Shown: positions 18,642 through 27,912, numbered from the stretch's first letter. The stretch is DNA of 36,083 bases from an uncultured Dehalococcoidia bacterium (GCA_964596665.1 CAZQVD010000002.1:1-36083); one strand, 5' to 3'. The notes: generated from the sequence alone by a model not told the origin. Translations and numbers: made by a program.

Positions 18642-19612
18642 CTGTCGAGAACACCGGCGGCGTACAGGTCGGACTCCGCGAGCTTGCTCGCGACCGCGCC
18701 CGTCTCCACTGCGAACGACTGAACCGTGTCGATCATCTCGGCGTTGGCGCGCACGCCGTATGCGTACGGATCGTCGCCGAACACGGCTCGTTGCCGGATC
18801 AGCGCGTCGTCCGCGAAGATTAACGCCGATGGGGCCTGGCCGTAGGTGCGCTCCATCGTCAATCGCTGCGCCTCGGTGAAGGCGTCCAGCAGGCTCTTCG
18901 CGGCCCACGGGTGTGCCTCGGCGATCGATCTGCGCAGTATCGTTGCGTGGTGTGCGGGGAAGATGCCAGTGCTCTTGTAGTAGCGCATCGATTCGGTGGC
19001 AGCGTCGCTGAACAGCGTGGTGAACCGCGCCGGATCTGCCAGCGGCCCATGGTTAGGCGGATGCACCGATAGCATCGCGTCGAGCTCGCCGCGATCGAGC
19101 ATCTCCTCCAGCGCGTTCGGGGGTGGGTTGATTGTCACGCCGGCCGGCGGGACGAAGTCTGGGGCGTTTGGCACGATGGGATCAGGCCTGCCTTGGAACC
19201 ACTCGACCTCCGTTTGGCCCACGCCGAACGCGCGCCCCAGGATGCCCCGCGTCCAAAGAGCCGCCGTCATCTGGTAGTCCACGACGCCGACTCGTTTCCC
19301 CTTCAGGTCCTCCGGGTGATCCTGGCGTATGCCGGAGCCGGTGCGGATGACCGTATTCACGTAGGAGAAGGTGCGATTGTGGAACGCAGGCAGCAGGGTA
19401 TAGCCCCAGCCGGCGTGCAGTCCCTTCAGCGTGAAGGAGAAGCTCATCTCTGACATGTCGAACTCTTCGCCGACCAGCTGCTTGCTCCATATCTGGTTCA
19501 GCAGCACATTCAGGTACTTGAGGGTGATGCCCTCAGGCTTCACCTCGCCCGAAATGAGCGGCTGGATGCGGTCCCAAGGACTCATCGCCAGGGTCAGCTC
19601 TAGATCAGCCAT
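18638..19612 (-). CDS. 4,5-dihydroxyphthalate decarboxylase-like protein (type 2 periplasmic-binding fold)
   Basis: L.SGEVKPEGI.L, EFDMSEMSFS, DLKGKRVGVVDYQMTAALWTRG, TGIFPAHH, DPYAYGV.AN; AGGAGG RBS; no signal peptide. Confidence 0.85.
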   Translation of the reverse strand: MADLELTLAMSPWDRIQPLISGEVKPEGITLKYLNVLLNQIWSKQLVGEEFDMSEMSFSFTLKGLHAGWGYTLLPAFHNRTFSYVNTVIRTGSGIRQDHPEDLKGKRVGVVDYQMTAALWTRGILGRAFGVGQTEVEWFQGRPDPIVPNAPDFVPPAGVTINPPPNALEEMLDRGELDAMLSVHPPNHGPLADPARFTTLFSDAATESMRYYKSTGIFPAHHATILRRSIAEAHPWAAKSLLDAFTEAQRLTMERTYGQAPSALIFADDALIRQRAVFGDDPYAYGVRANAEMIDTVQSFAVETGAVASKLAESDLYAAGVLDS

Positions 19613-19660
19613 GGACGGCCTCCTGAGGTCATCATTCGGTTCACTCGGGTGCCGCGCTGC

Positions 19661-20296
19661 CTAAGCGAGCCTCAGCGCGGCCTCATAGTCCTCGTGCGTG
19701 TTCAGATTCGTCAGCGTTAGCGGGTCGTCCACGTCCAAGAACACCCGCCTGTCCGCGAAGTTCAGCATCACCTGCCGCAGTCCCTGCGTCTGCTCGTTGG
19801 TCTGCAGCAACTCCGGGATCAGCGTCCCGTCGAACAGCGGCGGATGCCCCGCCTTGCCGTTCAGCGACGGCACGACTATGAACGGCTCGCCATCCATCCA
19901 GCGCTCACGCAGCGCCCGCAGCATCGCGGCTGACCGTGGCTGATCCACGCTGATGATCAGGACCGCGTCGGTCTCGTAGCTGGCGATGGGCAGCAGGCCC
20001 GCCATGATGGACCAGGTCCGACCTTGCTCGTAGCGCGGATTGTAGAGCGCGTTGACCTCGACGTCCTCCGGCAGCGCATCGGCCACCGCCTCCGCCTCGT
20101 GGCCCAGCACCACGACGATCGGGTCGTAGCCCGCCTCGTGGAGAGCGTGGACCTGATACGCGATCAGCGGCTCGCCGCCCTTCCAGGGCAGCAACGCCTT
20201 CGATGGCAGCTGTGCGTCTCCCTCGCGCATGCGGGTCGACTCACCTGCCGCGAGCAGCACAGCCGCGATGGTGCGATGGTTCGGGTCGGTCGTCAC
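19661..20296 (-). CDS. mocA: Molybdenum cofactor cytidylyltransferase-like nucleotidyltransferase (MocA/YgfJ family)
   Basis: LLAAGESTRM...KALLPW, VDQP, GHPPLF, NLNTHEDY; adjacent to xdhC. Confidence 0.88.
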   Translation of the reverse strand: MTTDPNHRTIAAVLLAAGESTRMREGDAQLPSKALLPWKGGEPLIAYQVHALHEAGYDPIVVVLGHEAEAVADALPEDVEVNALYNPRYEQGRTWSIMAGLLPIASYETDAVLIISVDQPRSAAMLRALRERWMDGEPFIVVPSLNGKAGHPPLFDGTLIPELLQTNEQTQGLRQVMLNFADRRVFLDVDDPLTLTNLNTHEDYEAALRLA

Positions 20297-20321
20297 GGTG
20301 CGTCAGTCTACCCTAGGAAGC

Positions 20322-20430
20322 GTGCGACCCTGGACCCGCTTGCTGCCGCTCAGCAAACACGCAAGCAAGCTCAACCGCCATCCGGCGGCTTCAGTCCTGA
20401 GCCGTAGCGACTGCAGGCGCACAATCACCC
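20322..20430 (+). repeat. Dispersed intergenic repeat, full-length copy
   Basis: GTGCGACCCTGGACCCGCTTGCTGCCGCTCAGC...CCGCCATCCGGCGGCTTCAGTCCTGAGCCGTAGCGACTGCAGGCGCACAATCACCC; aligns along its length with the reverse complement of 24689-24805. Confidence 0.9.
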
Positions 20431-20431
20431 G

Positions 20432-21562
20432 CTAGCGGGCGGGCGACGACGCTTGCTTGCCGACCTTGGCGACGATGCGTTGGAGCTGGGCCTCCTCGAG
20501 CTTCATGGAGCCGCCCGCGTGCCCGTAGCGGAACGCAACCACCTCGGCCATGATCGAGACCGCGATCTCCTCGGGCGTGCGGCCGCCGAGATCGAGCCCC
20601 ACCGGCGAGCGAATCTCGCGCAAGCGCTCTATCGGGGTGCCGCGCTTCAGCAGGCTCTCGTAGATCATGATCGCCTTGCGCTTGCTGCCCAGCAGACCCA
20701 CGTAGCTCGCGGATGTGCGGGCCGCCGCCTCCAGCGCCAGGTCGTCGTACTGATGGCCGCGCGAGCCGACGATGATCGCCGTGTTCGGCGTGATGGGAAA
20801 CGTGTCCAGCCCCTTGTCGTAGGGCGCCACCTTGGTCGCCTCGGCCATGGGGAAACGTTCTCGGCTCGCGAACTCTGGCCGGTCGTCGGTCACCATCACG
20901 CGGAAGCCGAGCATCTCCGCGATCTTGGCCACCTGCAGGTTCACGTGCCCCCCGCCCACCAGCACGACGGTGGCCGGTGCCGTGAAGCCGGCGACGAACA
21001 CCTCGTCGCCCGTGGCCGTGACGAACCGCTCGCTCATGCCCATGGGCATGACGGCTTTAGCCGTCACGATCGCCTCGGCATCAGCCTTCGCGTCGCCCAG
21101 TGTGCCGGTGGTCGTGCCGTCCTCGCGCACCAGCATGCGCGCGCCGATGCGCAAAGTGCTGGCGTTCACCACCGTCGCCACGGCTATCGGCGGGCCGCCC
21201 TCGTAGGCCGCCTCGATCTCGTCTGCGGCGTTGGTGAACGCGCCGGGCGTGTCGAATGGCTCGATGTAAAAGAACATGGACCCACCACACACTAGGCCGT
21301 CCCGGGCGGCGATGTCCTCGTTCAGGTAGTAGTCCTTGAACAGCGGCCCCGTGTGCTCGCGGAGCGCCTCGCGAGCGGCGAACCAGATGTCGCCCTCAAC
21401 GCACCCGCCGCCCAGCGTGCCGACGGTGGAGCCGTCGCCGCGCACGAGCAGCGAAGCCCCCGGCTTCTGCGGCGTGGAGCCCTTGGTGTTTACCACGGTG
21501 GCCAGAACGAAATCCTGGCTCTCCCTGGCGAGGTGTGCAGCTTCTTTGTAGACGGCTTTCAT
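20432..21562 (-). CDS. xdhC: XdhC/CoxI family molybdoenzyme maturation factor
   Basis: TKGSTPQKPGA, GTLGGGCVEG, GLVCGG, a second CoxI domain, VGGGHV, YVGLLGSKRK, PVGLDLGGRTPEEIAVSI. Start placed at ATG 21562 because the ORF-track extension runs through a repeat. Confidence 0.93.
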   Translation of the reverse strand: MKAVYKEAAHLARESQDFVLATVVNTKGSTPQKPGASLLVRGDGSTVGTLGGGCVEGDIWFAAREALREHTGPLFKDYYLNEDIAARDGLVCGGSMFFYIEPFDTPGAFTNAADEIEAAYEGGPPIAVATVVNASTLRIGARMLVREDGTTTGTLGDAKADAEAIVTAKAVMPMGMSERFVTATGDEVFVAGFTAPATVVLVGGGHVNLQVAKIAEMLGFRVMVTDDRPEFASRERFPMAEATKVAPYDKGLDTFPITPNTAIIVGSRGHQYDDLALEAAARTSASYVGLLGSKRKAIMIYESLLKRGTPIERLREIRSPVGLDLGGRTPEEIAVSIMAEVVAFRYGHAGGSMKLEEAQLQRIVAKVGKQASSPAR

Positions 21563-21582
21563 GTGTCCATGATAGCAGCGGC

Positions 21583-21700
21583 GTCTAATCGTGCGCCTGC
21601 GCTTCGCTGCGGCTCCGGACTGAAGCCATCGGGCGGCGGCTTGGCCTTCTCTGCCGATGCTCAGTTGTATCGAGGGGGAGGGTGGGAAGGCAAGAAAATC
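21583..21700 (-). repeat. Dispersed intergenic repeat, long subtype
   Basis: Reverse complement reads TTCCCACCC...CTGAGCATCGGCAGAGAAGGCCAAGCCGCCGCCCGATGGCTTCAGTCCGGAGCCGCAGCGAAGCGCAGGCGCACGATTAGAC; shares its 5' extension with the copy at 27982-28087. Confidence 0.88.
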
Positions 21701-22067
21701 GCGTTTTCGCAGCAGCGCGGCAGCGCCCCTGCTGCGATACTGCTTGAATTGCCCAGCTGGCTGGCAGTGCAAGGAGTAGCAGCCCGTGTCTGCCACCTAC
21801 AATCCGCCTCTACACCAGCACGGGGAACCTCCTCTACGCCGATACCGACATGGGGATCGAGGAGGGCGGATCTGACGGAGGGCTCCTGTTGCCACTAGAT
21901 CCTCGTCAGCGGCACGCTCGAGCAGAGCGTTGATCTAGAGACAAGCTGTCGTGGCTGAACCAGGGTCGCATTCGCCGCCGCGACTGAGGTGACGCAGCGT
22001 CTGGCGCCATCGCTACCGGGCATCACGGCCCGCTACAATGTCACGCAGTCCGTGCTGAAGAGGAATC

Positions 22068-23822
22068 ATGCCAGTCAAGCAGAAATCACCGGCGGAGCGG
22101 GAGCTCGACGAGCTCCGCTTCCGCATTCGTCACTCGGCCGCACACATCATGGCCGAGGCCGTCCTGAAGCTGTTCGCTGATGCCAAGTTCGCCGTTGGCC
22201 CAGCCATCGACGACGGCTTCTACTACGACTTCTCCGTCGAGCGCCCCTTCACGCCAGAGGACCTCGAGAAGATCGAGGCCTCCATGCGCGAGCGCATCGC
22301 CGCAGACGATCCCTTCGAGCAGCGCGAGCTGTCGCGCGCGGCCGCCAACGGCCAATTCGCCAAACAGCCCTTCAAGCTAGAGATCATCGCGGGCATACCC
22401 GGCGAAGATGCCATCACCACCTACGCCCATGCCGGTTTCGTCGACCTTTGCCGCGGCCCTCACGTGGCCTCCACCGGCGACGTGAAGGCCTTCAAGCTGA
22501 TGAGCGTGGCGGGCGCGTATTGGCGCGGCGACGAGCGCAACGAGATGCTCCAGCGGATCTACGGCACCGCGTGGGAGTCGCCGGAGTCGCTGGACGCGCA
22601 CCTGGAGCGCATGGAGGAGGCCGCGCGCCGCGATCATCGCAAGCTGGGCACGGAGCTGGAGTTGTTCTTCTTCGACCCTATCGCCCCGGCGAGTCCCTTC
22701 TTTTTGCCGCGCGGCGCCATCCTGAACAACTCGCTGGTCACCTACGTGCGCGATCTGTATGAGCGTTACGGATATCAAGAGGTGATCACACCACAAGTGT
22801 TTGACTCGGAGCTGTGGAAGCGCTCCGGGCACTACGACAACTACAAAGAGAACATGTATTTCACCTACGTGGACGACCGCGAGTTCGGCGTGAAGCCCAT
22901 GAACTGCCCGGCCGCCGCGGTGCTGTACGGATCGCACCTACACTCGTACCGCGAGTTGCCCGCGCGCTATGCCGACTTTGGCCGGCTGCACCGCTACGAG
23001 CGCTCTGGCGTGACCCACGGCCTCACCCGTGTGCGCACCTTCTCGCAGGATGACGCACACATCTTCTGCACACCGGAGCAGGTGGAGAGTGAGATCGTTT
23101 CGTTCATCGCCATGGTCTACGAAACATTCGGTGTGTTCGGCTTCAGCGACGTCCGGGTGGCGCTGTCGCTGCGCCCCGAGAAGCGCATCGGCACTGACGA
23201 GCTGTGGGACGAGGCGGAGCGCGCGCTGCGGTCGGCGCTGGATGCGCAGGACATCGACTACGAGCCCATCCTCGGCGAGGGAGCCTTCTACGGGCCAAAG
23301 ATCGACTTCTTTGTCGCCGACGCCATCGGACGTGAATGGCAGCTTTCGACCGTGCAACTGGACTACAACCTGGCAGAACGCTTCGACCTGGAGTACGCCG
23401 CCGCAGACGGAACACGCCGGCGTCCGGTGGTGCTGCACCGTGCCATGCTGGGCAGCCTGGAGCGCTTCTTGGGCGTGGTGATCGAGCATTACGGCGGTGC
23501 CTTTCCAGCTTGGCTTGCTCCGGTGCAGGCCGAGGTCATTCCCATCGCCGACCGCCACATCGAGTACGCCGAGACGGTGCAGGCGGAGCTCGGCCAGAAG
23601 GGCCTGCGTGTGCACGTCGACGACCGCGGAGAGCGGATGGGCGCGAAAATCCGCGATGCGCAGATGCGCAAGATCCCCTACATGCTGGTCGTCGGCGATA
23701 AGGAGGCCGAGGCCAACGGTGCCGCCGTCCGCCTGCGCTCCGGTGAAGACCTGGGAATCCTCCGCATCGCCGACGTCGTCGCGCGCCTCGCGGCTGAGGT
23801 GGCGGCGAAATTGTGGCGATAA
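22068..23822 (+). CDS. thrS: Threonine--tRNA ligase (lacks the N-terminal TGS domain)
   Basis: RHSAAHIMA, DLCRGPHV, GAYWRGD..N.MLQRIYG, RDHRKLG, KPMNCP, GLTRVR.F.QDDAH, GAFYGPKID, HRAMLGSLERF. Confidence 0.98.
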   Translation: MPVKQKSPAERELDELRFRIRHSAAHIMAEAVLKLFADAKFAVGPAIDDGFYYDFSVERPFTPEDLEKIEASMRERIAADDPFEQRELSRAAANGQFAKQPFKLEIIAGIPGEDAITTYAHAGFVDLCRGPHVASTGDVKAFKLMSVAGAYWRGDERNEMLQRIYGTAWESPESLDAHLERMEEAARRDHRKLGTELELFFFDPIAPASPFFLPRGAILNNSLVTYVRDLYERYGYQEVITPQVFDSELWKRSGHYDNYKENMYFTYVDDREFGVKPMNCPAAAVLYGSHLHSYRELPARYADFGRLHRYERSGVTHGLTRVRTFSQDDAHIFCTPEQVESEIVSFIAMVYETFGVFGFSDVRVALSLRPEKRIGTDELWDEAERALRSALDAQDIDYEPILGEGAFYGPKIDFFVADAIGREWQLSTVQLDYNLAERFDLEYAAADGTRRRPVVLHRAMLGSLERFLGVVIEHYGGAFPAWLAPVQAEVIPIADRHIEYAETVQAELGQKGLRVHVDDRGERMGAKIRDAQMRKIPYMLVVGDKEAEANGAAVRLRSGEDLGILRIADVVARLAAEVAAKLWR

Positions 23823-23885
23823 ATACGTGAGTTCGCCCCCGATAAGGGCGACGACGTCTAGGCACGCGGGAGGACCGCAGGTTCG

Positions 23886-24188
23886 ATGAGCACGTGGAAG
23901 GCGGGCGACTGGGCAATCTTTACGGGGGCGATCTCGGCCACCTGCGCTCCGGCGCACGGTCGTGCGGGCCGCGATGGGGGCGTGCTCGTTGAGATCATCG
24001 ACGTGGATAACCCCGACCCGCAGGATCCGTCGCTGGCGGGGCACTCGATCTTCGCTCGCTCGAGCTCGTCGGGCGGCGTCGGCGCAGTGCACCCAGACGA
24101 GCTCGAGGTGCCGCCGTGGCTCGCTGGTGGGGGCGGAGCGCTGATCGCGGAGGAGCCCATCCCCGCCGACGCGACCGCCGGAGGGTAA
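23886..24188 (+). CDS. Hypothetical protein (100 aa)
   Basis: GC3-biased codons and GGAGGA upstream; no family recognised. Confidence 0.5.
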   Translation: MSTWKAGDWAIFTGAISATCAPAHGRAGRDGGVLVEIIDVDNPDPQDPSLAGHSIFARSSSSGGVGAVHPDELEVPPWLAGGGGALIAEEPIPADATAGG

Positions 24189-24316
24189 CCGGACCGGGCA
24201 TCGCTGGTTTGCGATAGCGGCACGGTTGTTCCATTTTTGTGCTCGTCACGCGTACTACAGCGTGCCCATGCCGAGCGCGATCTCCACGGACGATTACTCA
24301 TCGGGTATGAGAACTC

Positions 24317-24648
24317 CTAGGGCAGGCCGCTGCTCGTGTCGTTGGCCATGAGCGGCTTGCCGGCGGTGTGGTGTCCAGGCGTCAACCCGAAGATGTTTTG
24401 GTCCGACCCAAACGTGGGGCTGTTGGGCTGTCCGCCTCCGAGCTGGAACGTCTCGATCACGTCGCCGTCGGCATCCCTCGCCACGAGCTCTGACGATTGG
24501 AAGAGGAACGCAGGGAAGTCATTGGGAGTCTGGCCCGGCTGAGAGTCTGGTCCGATGGAAACGCGTATACCGACGATACCGTGGAGGCTAAGCATGCGGC
24601 GAGGGCCAGGGCGGGCGCGGACAGCAACAGCAGCAGTCTTCGTAGCAT
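24317..24648 (-). pseudogene. Probable frameshifted fragment of a secreted protein
   Basis: ATG 24648 gives a signal-peptide-like MLRRLLLLLSAPALALAACLASTVSSVYA; the protein-like continuation (GQTPNDFPAFLFQSSELVARDADGDVIETFQLGG...) is in another frame from about 24540. Confidence 0.4.
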
Positions 24649-24688
24649 GGGGCACTCGGGAAATGCAGCGTTCCCCGAGTAAAGCGGG

Positions 24689-24805
24689 CAGGGTCTAACT
24701 GTGCGCCTTCGCTTCACTACGGCTCGGGACTGACGCCGCCGAGCGGCGGTTTGGCTTGCCCTTTTGTGGCAGAGCGGCAGCAAGTGGATCCAGGGTCGCA
24801 CCCTG
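24689..24805 (-). repeat. Dispersed intergenic repeat, full-length copy with short terminal inverted repeats
   Basis: Ends CAGGGT (24689-24694) and ACCCTG (24800-24805); internal CCGCC-GCTC-GGCGG hairpin and GAGCCGTAGTGAAGCGAAGGCGCACAGTTAGAC module on the minus strand. Confidence 0.9.
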
Positions 24806-24824
24806 GTGCTATGGTTGGTTGTCG

Positions 24825-25841
24825 ATGAGCTCCTCTATCAACAACATCGGCCCTGTCGCCGTGGTCGGCACGACAATCTGGGGCACGACGTTGGCCATGA
24901 TCATGGCCCGCCGTGGCGTGGACGTGCGACTGCTGTCGCGCACGGGCGGCGAGGCCGATGCGCTGGAGTCGGCACGCGAGCTTCCCCACCTGCCGGGCCA
25001 TGTATTCCCGAACTCGCTTCGGACCACCGCCGATTGGGGCACCGGGCTCCAAGGCGCTGCTGCGGTGCTGTTCGTGGTGCCGAGCCACACGATGCGCGCG
25101 AACGCACGCCGCGCTGCGCCGCACCTCGTTGGCGACGCGATCGTGGTCTCGGGCTCCAAGGGCCTGGAGCACGGCACAGGCAAGCGCATGAGCGTGGTGC
25201 TGGCGGAAGAGCTGCCGCATGCCGCGGAGAGCCTCTGCGCGCTCTCGGGTCCCAACCTGGCGCGGGAGGTGGTCCGCGACCTCCCCGCGTCGTCGGTGGT
25301 CGCCTCAGCCAGCCAAGATGCCGCCATGCAAGCCCAAGCGCTGCTCACGTCGAGCACGTTCCGTGTGTACACGAATGCGGACGTCATCGGCACGGAGCTG
25401 GCAGGGGCGTTGAAGAACGTGGTCGCCATCGGTGCCGGCATCACCGACGGCATGGAACTTGGCGACAACGCGAAGGCGGGCTTTCTGACCCGTGGCCTCG
25501 CCGAGATTACGAGGCTCGGTGTGGCAGCGGGGGCGCAGGCTGCGACGTTCGCGGGTAACGCGGGCCTCGGTGATCTGCTTGCCACCTGCTTCAGCACGCT
25601 CAGCCGCAACCACCGGGTGGGCATCGCGCTGGCACAAGGCATGTCACTCGACGAGTCGATCGATGCGTTGGGAGGCGAGGTCGCGGAGGGAGTGACGACC
25701 ACGCCCGCTGCGCTGGACATGGCACGAGCCCACGGCGTGGAGATGCCGATCACCGAGATGACGCATCGCGTGCTCTTCGAGGGCATGCCACCGCGCGACG
25801 CGCTGATGCAGCTCATGGCTCGCACCCCCCGCCCCGAATAG
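24825..25841 (+). CDS. gpsA: NAD(P)H-dependent glycerol-3-phosphate dehydrogenase
   Basis: VVGTTIWGTTLA, SKGLE, LSGPNLA.EV, GALKNVVAI..G, GDNAKA, GLGDL.ATC.S.LSRN, VAEGV.T. Confidence 0.96.
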   Translation: MSSSINNIGPVAVVGTTIWGTTLAMIMARRGVDVRLLSRTGGEADALESARELPHLPGHVFPNSLRTTADWGTGLQGAAAVLFVVPSHTMRANARRAAPHLVGDAIVVSGSKGLEHGTGKRMSVVLAEELPHAAESLCALSGPNLAREVVRDLPASSVVASASQDAAMQAQALLTSSTFRVYTNADVIGTELAGALKNVVAIGAGITDGMELGDNAKAGFLTRGLAEITRLGVAAGAQAATFAGNAGLGDLLATCFSTLSRNHRVGIALAQGMSLDESIDALGGEVAEGVTTTPAALDMARAHGVEMPITEMTHRVLFEGMPPRDALMQLMARTPRPE

Positions 25842-25842
25842 G

Positions 25843-25883
25843 GCAGGGTGCCGCTCTAGTCTGGAGCCACCCAGGCGCACAGT
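25843..25883 (+). repeat. Internally deleted copy of the dispersed repeat
   Basis: GCAGGGTGCC 5' end joined to TAGTCTGGAGCC..CAGGCGCACAGT 3' module, immediately after the gpsA stop. Confidence 0.6.
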
Positions 25884-25896
25884 GAAAGCAGCGCGC

Positions 25897-26892
25897 CTAG
25901 CTATCGAGCAGCATTGGCGCGTAGAGCTCCTCCGGCGTGATCACGCGGGGTGTGAGACCCTGCTCGTGGGAGAACTCCATCGCCTTCTCGATCACCATGC
26001 GGTTGGCCGCCAGGCCATAGGGGAAGATGTCGGTGGCGAGCGCACCCGAGGCGCTACGGTCGAGCACGCCCGTGTCGAGCCAGGGGGCGGTCGACTCGCG
26101 GGTGTTCCGGTACGACACCTGCTTGGCCTCCTCGAACGCCTCGAAAATGTTGCGCGCGACCCATGGGTTCGCCTCGTAGATCGAACGGCGCAGGATGACG
26201 GTGTGATTGAACGGGAAGATGCCGGTCTTCTGATAGTAGCGCGCTGCCTCGGCACGAGGCTCGGGGAACATCATGTGCATCTCCGGCTGCTTGGCCAGGT
26301 CTATGGTGCTGCGGTTCATTCCGCCGCCGCCCCAGAAGTAGTGCTGGATAGCGTCGAGCTCGCCCTTCATCATCATGTCGCCCATGTTGGAGCTCTCGGG
26401 GATGAATTTCAGCGTCACCCCGGGAGGCGCCTGGAAGCCGGTCGCGCCTGCGTGGGAGTATTGCGGCGTGCGCTCCATCCACCACTCCACGTCCGTTGCC
26501 TCGACGCCGTACTCGTGGTGGAAGAAGCCGCGGGACCACAGAGCCGCGGTCATCTGGTACTCGTTGACGCCGACGCGCTTGCCCTTCATCTGGTCAGGCG
26601 AGTCGATGCCGGCGCCGTTGCGCGCGATGGCGGTGGTGCCGAAGAAGTAGCGCGTGGTGAAGATGGGCAGCGCCACCCAGTTCGTGTCGCCGGCCGCGGT
26701 GATCATCAGCAGCGAGGAGATGGACATCTCGGAGACGTCGAACTCCTGGTGCGTGAGCTGACGGTGGAACTGCTCGCCTGGGGAAATCCGGCTGCACGTG
26801 AGCTCAATCCCCTCGGCTTCGACGGTGCCGTCGAGGATGGGCATGCTGCGAGGGTTCGGGGCGAATGCGAGGCTCAGGGATAGCTTTGCCAT
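25897..26892 (-). CDS. 4,5-dihydroxyphthalate decarboxylase-like protein (second paralogue)
   Basis: ILDGTVEAEGIEL, EFDVSEMSISS, KGKRVGVNEYQMTAALWSRG, TGIFPFNH, DIFPYGL.AN; AAGGAG RBS. Confidence 0.87.
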   Translation of the reverse strand: MAKLSLSLAFAPNPRSMPILDGTVEAEGIELTCSRISPGEQFHRQLTHQEFDVSEMSISSLLMITAAGDTNWVALPIFTTRYFFGTTAIARNGAGIDSPDQMKGKRVGVNEYQMTAALWSRGFFHHEYGVEATDVEWWMERTPQYSHAGATGFQAPPGVTLKFIPESSNMGDMMMKGELDAIQHYFWGGGGMNRSTIDLAKQPEMHMMFPEPRAEAARYYQKTGIFPFNHTVILRRSIYEANPWVARNIFEAFEEAKQVSYRNTRESTAPWLDTGVLDRSASGALATDIFPYGLAANRMVIEKAMEFSHEQGLTPRVITPEELYAPMLLDS

Positions 26893-27006
26893 ATACGGCT
26901 CCTTTGACTACTCCCTCACCCACCCACGCTGGGCACGCACGGATGGCTCACAGGAGAGGGCGCGGCCAATCCTACTCCATCGGCATCGGATTGGCGCGAC
27001 AGGAGC

Positions 27007-27912
27007 TTACTGACAGAGCATCGCGACCCAGTCATCGTCGCGCAAACGCTCGCGGATCCTCAGTCCGGCGGCGGCAAACGCCGTTTCGACGGACGCACGC
27101 CTTTCTTCGAGGATGCCTGCACCCACGAGCCATCCACCCGGCTTGAGCGCCCGGCGCAGCTCCGGCGCGAGATTCACCAGGGCGACCGAGTTGATGTTGG
27201 CGAGCACGATGTCGGCCCACCCGGACGGGACGTGGTCGTTCGGCAGCGTGCCGGCGTAGCAGCGGACCTTGCCGGAGACGCCGTTGGCACGCAGGTTCGC
27301 TCGCCCCGCCTTAACGGCGATCTTGTCGATCTCCACCCCGATGACACGCCCGGCGCCGAGCTTCGCGGCACCAACGCTGAGGATCCCGGAGCCCGCACCA
27401 ACGTCCAGAACCTTGTCGCATGGCTTGATCAGCCGCTCCAAGCTCTCCAGAGCGCGGTGAGTGGTGGGATGGTGCCCGGTGCCGAACGCGAGACCGGGGT
27501 CGATCTCGATGACGACGTCGCCGTCCCGCACCGAGCCATGGTCCCACGGCGGGCTGACCACGAGGTGCTCGCCGACGCGCAGGGGCGTGAAGTGGGCCTT
27601 CCATGCGGCCTCCCACTCGCTCTCCTCGATCTCGCGCTCCTCGATCCCGTTGAGTGGCGTGAGCTTGCCGATGAGCGCGACACCGATGTAAACAATCTCC
27701 CGCTTGGAGCGGAACGCGGGAGTCTGCGGCATGTAGGTGCGCAGGACCGCGCTGGGCCGAGGCGGCTGGCTCTCGCCGATGTCGGGATCCCATCCGCCCG
27801 CCTCCTCGATGGCAACGCCGCCCTTGCCGTAGCGGCGGAAAAGCTCGGCGACGGGCTCCACGAATTCAAAGGGGACTTCGATCTTAAGCTCGAGCCACGG
27901 GTGGGTTGCCAT
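27007..27912 (-). CDS. prmA: Ribosomal protein L11 methyltransferase
   Basis: W...WKAHFTP, IEIDPGLAFGTGHHPTT, VLDVGAGSGILS, ANI; downstream of dnaJ. Confidence 0.95.
   Translation of the reverse strand: MATHPWLELKIEVPFEFVEPVAELFRRYGKGGVAIEEAGGWDPDIGESQPPRPSAVLRTYMPQTPAFRSKREIVYIGVALIGKLTPLNGIEEREIEESEWEAAWKAHFTPLRVGEHLVVSPPWDHGSVRDGDVVIEIDPGLAFGTGHHPTTHRALESLERLIKPCDKVLDVGAGSGILSVGAAKLGAGRVIGVEIDKIAVKAGRANLRANGVSGKVRCYAGTLPNDHVPSGWADIVLANINSVALVNLAPELRRALKPGGWLVGAGILEERRASVETAFAAAGLRIRERLRDDDWVAMLCQ

Noticed and set aside
21563-21796. N-terminal extensions in the ORF track for xdhC (also gpsA, guaB, the MFS at 33348 and the P1 peptidase at 33257)
   Set aside because: They run through repeats, promoters or the leader terminator; downstream starts fit family N-termini and promoter/RBS signals better.
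21800-22067. T-box leader upstream of thrS
   Set aside because: No GGTGGNACC T-box motif or terminator; TACAAT at about 22034 implies only a short leader.
24202-24225. Similarity between CGCTGGTTTGCGATAGCGGCACG and CGCTGATTTGCGATAGTCGCGCG (about 27956)
   Set aside because: Only two short imperfect copies; could be chance or a remnant of the long repeat subtype, so it cannot be supported separately.
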